A DNA stretch of 64,000 bases from Eubacteriales bacterium. Its GTDB lineage: Bacteria > Bacillota > Clostridia > Saccharofermentanales > DTU023. The stretch lies in the NCBI GenBank assembly GCA_030537595.1, contig JAUNVR010000001.1, positions 13,232 to 77,231 on the forward strand, in the 5' to 3' direction. The translations under genes were made by a program, and so were the position numbers. Under the pieces are notes generated by a model. It saw only the letters and a list, made by a program, of their open reading frames with translations, made no database searches and was not told the origin of the DNA. Below, piece by piece: positions 63,748-64,000 of this stretch (positions are counted from its first letter, which is position 1; each line of letters begins with the position of its first letter).

Positions 63748-64000
63748 ATGAGCCGGAAATATGATTTTGATCAGAGAGTAGATCGTCGTGGAACAGACTG
63801 TGTAAAGTGGGATGGCTTAGCAAGAGTCTATGCTGACTACCTCGGCCAGAGAAAGCCGGAAGATGTCATCGCCTTGTGGATAGCTGACATGGAATTTTAT
63901 CCGCCGGAAGAGATTTCTCAGGCCGTTGAGGATAGAGCCGCACACCATATCTATGGTTACACCCTGCCGCCTAAAGATTTGGCCTCGACGGTAAAAGCTT
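63748..64000 (+). CDS. PatB/MalY-type PLP-dependent C-S lyase (cystathionine beta-lyase-like), N-terminal fragment running off the window
   Basis: My own translation gives MSRKYDFDQRVDRRGTDCVKWD...IALWIADMEF..., with the FDxxxDRRGTxSxKW signature of the MalY/PatB family. The frame is open to nt 64000. Confidence 0.8.
   Translation, partial: MSRKYDFDQRVDRRGTDCVKWDGLARVYADYLGQRKPEDVIALWIADMEFYPPEEISQAVEDRAAHHIYGYTLPPKDLASTVKA

Noticed and set aside
1-64000. I looked for rRNA/tRNA genes, CRISPR arrays, IS elements, integrases or recombinases, prophage genes, restriction-modification and other defence hallmarks.
   Set aside because: The spacers contain no T-loop-like GGTTCGAATCC (or its complement) and no regularly spaced repeats. 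No long ORF has recombinase, nuclease, helicase or methyltransferase motifs. Every long ORF has a metabolic, transport, regulatory or envelope assignment.

Overview
This is a gene-dense 64-kb chromosomal segment of roughly 50% GC, with about 58 protein-coding genes on both strands. It looks like a Gram-positive-type anaerobe with Clostridia-like content: GGAGG ribosome-binding sites, lipoboxes, a sortase-type sorting signal, a glycine-reductase selenoprotein, sufCBDSU and PerR/peroxiredoxin. Gene content in order: the end of a cobalamin operon (cbiA fragment, cbiC), pdxK, trmL, an ABC-2 exporter, glpK and maf. Next comes an nqrBCDEF-type operon with no nqrA, followed by an unknown 159-aa gene. 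Then sufCBDSU, perR and prx, lemA-DUF2207, and an extremely Tyr-rich secreted protein. A sialic-acid utilisation locus follows (nanA-nanE-nanK, a sugar ABC importer, an MsmK-type ATPase, YesL). After it sits a stand-alone grdX-grdE-grdB module, in which GrdB must be read through an in-frame UGA (selenocysteine) that has a hairpin just downstream. The rest is ykvI-rpiR, a Na/Pi cotransporter, a COG2509 flavoprotein, aminopeptidase P, a threonine-dehydrogenase-like SDR, a MacB-type ABC pair with a 1318-aa FtsX permease, an SDR, a NUDIX hydrolase, brnQ, a CAP-domain lipoprotein, an AlkD-like protein, UPF0104 and YitT membrane proteins, an AT-rich beta-helix/CnaB wall-anchored adhesin, an SSS transporter, a split YeeE/YedE pair, convergent ptsH and ptsI, and the start of a PatB/MalY-type lyase. 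I saw no rRNA, tRNA, CRISPR array, transposase, integrase or recognisable defence gene, so the window looks like core and accessory metabolism rather than a mobile or defence island. I did not find a self-evident new multi-gene system. The most checkable oddities are: (1) the NqrA-less nqrBCDEF operon with its 0.5-kb non-coding leader and unknown downstream gene; (2) the orphan grdX-E-B selenoprotein module without grdA/C/D; (3) the 24%-tyrosine secreted protein; (4) a GC-rich 166-nt structured region with a possible 23-codon Cys-containing ORF in front of the MsmK-type ATPase gene; (5) the AT-rich adhesin; (6) the giant coiled-coil FtsX permease. All functional calls come from motif recognition by eye; no database search was run.
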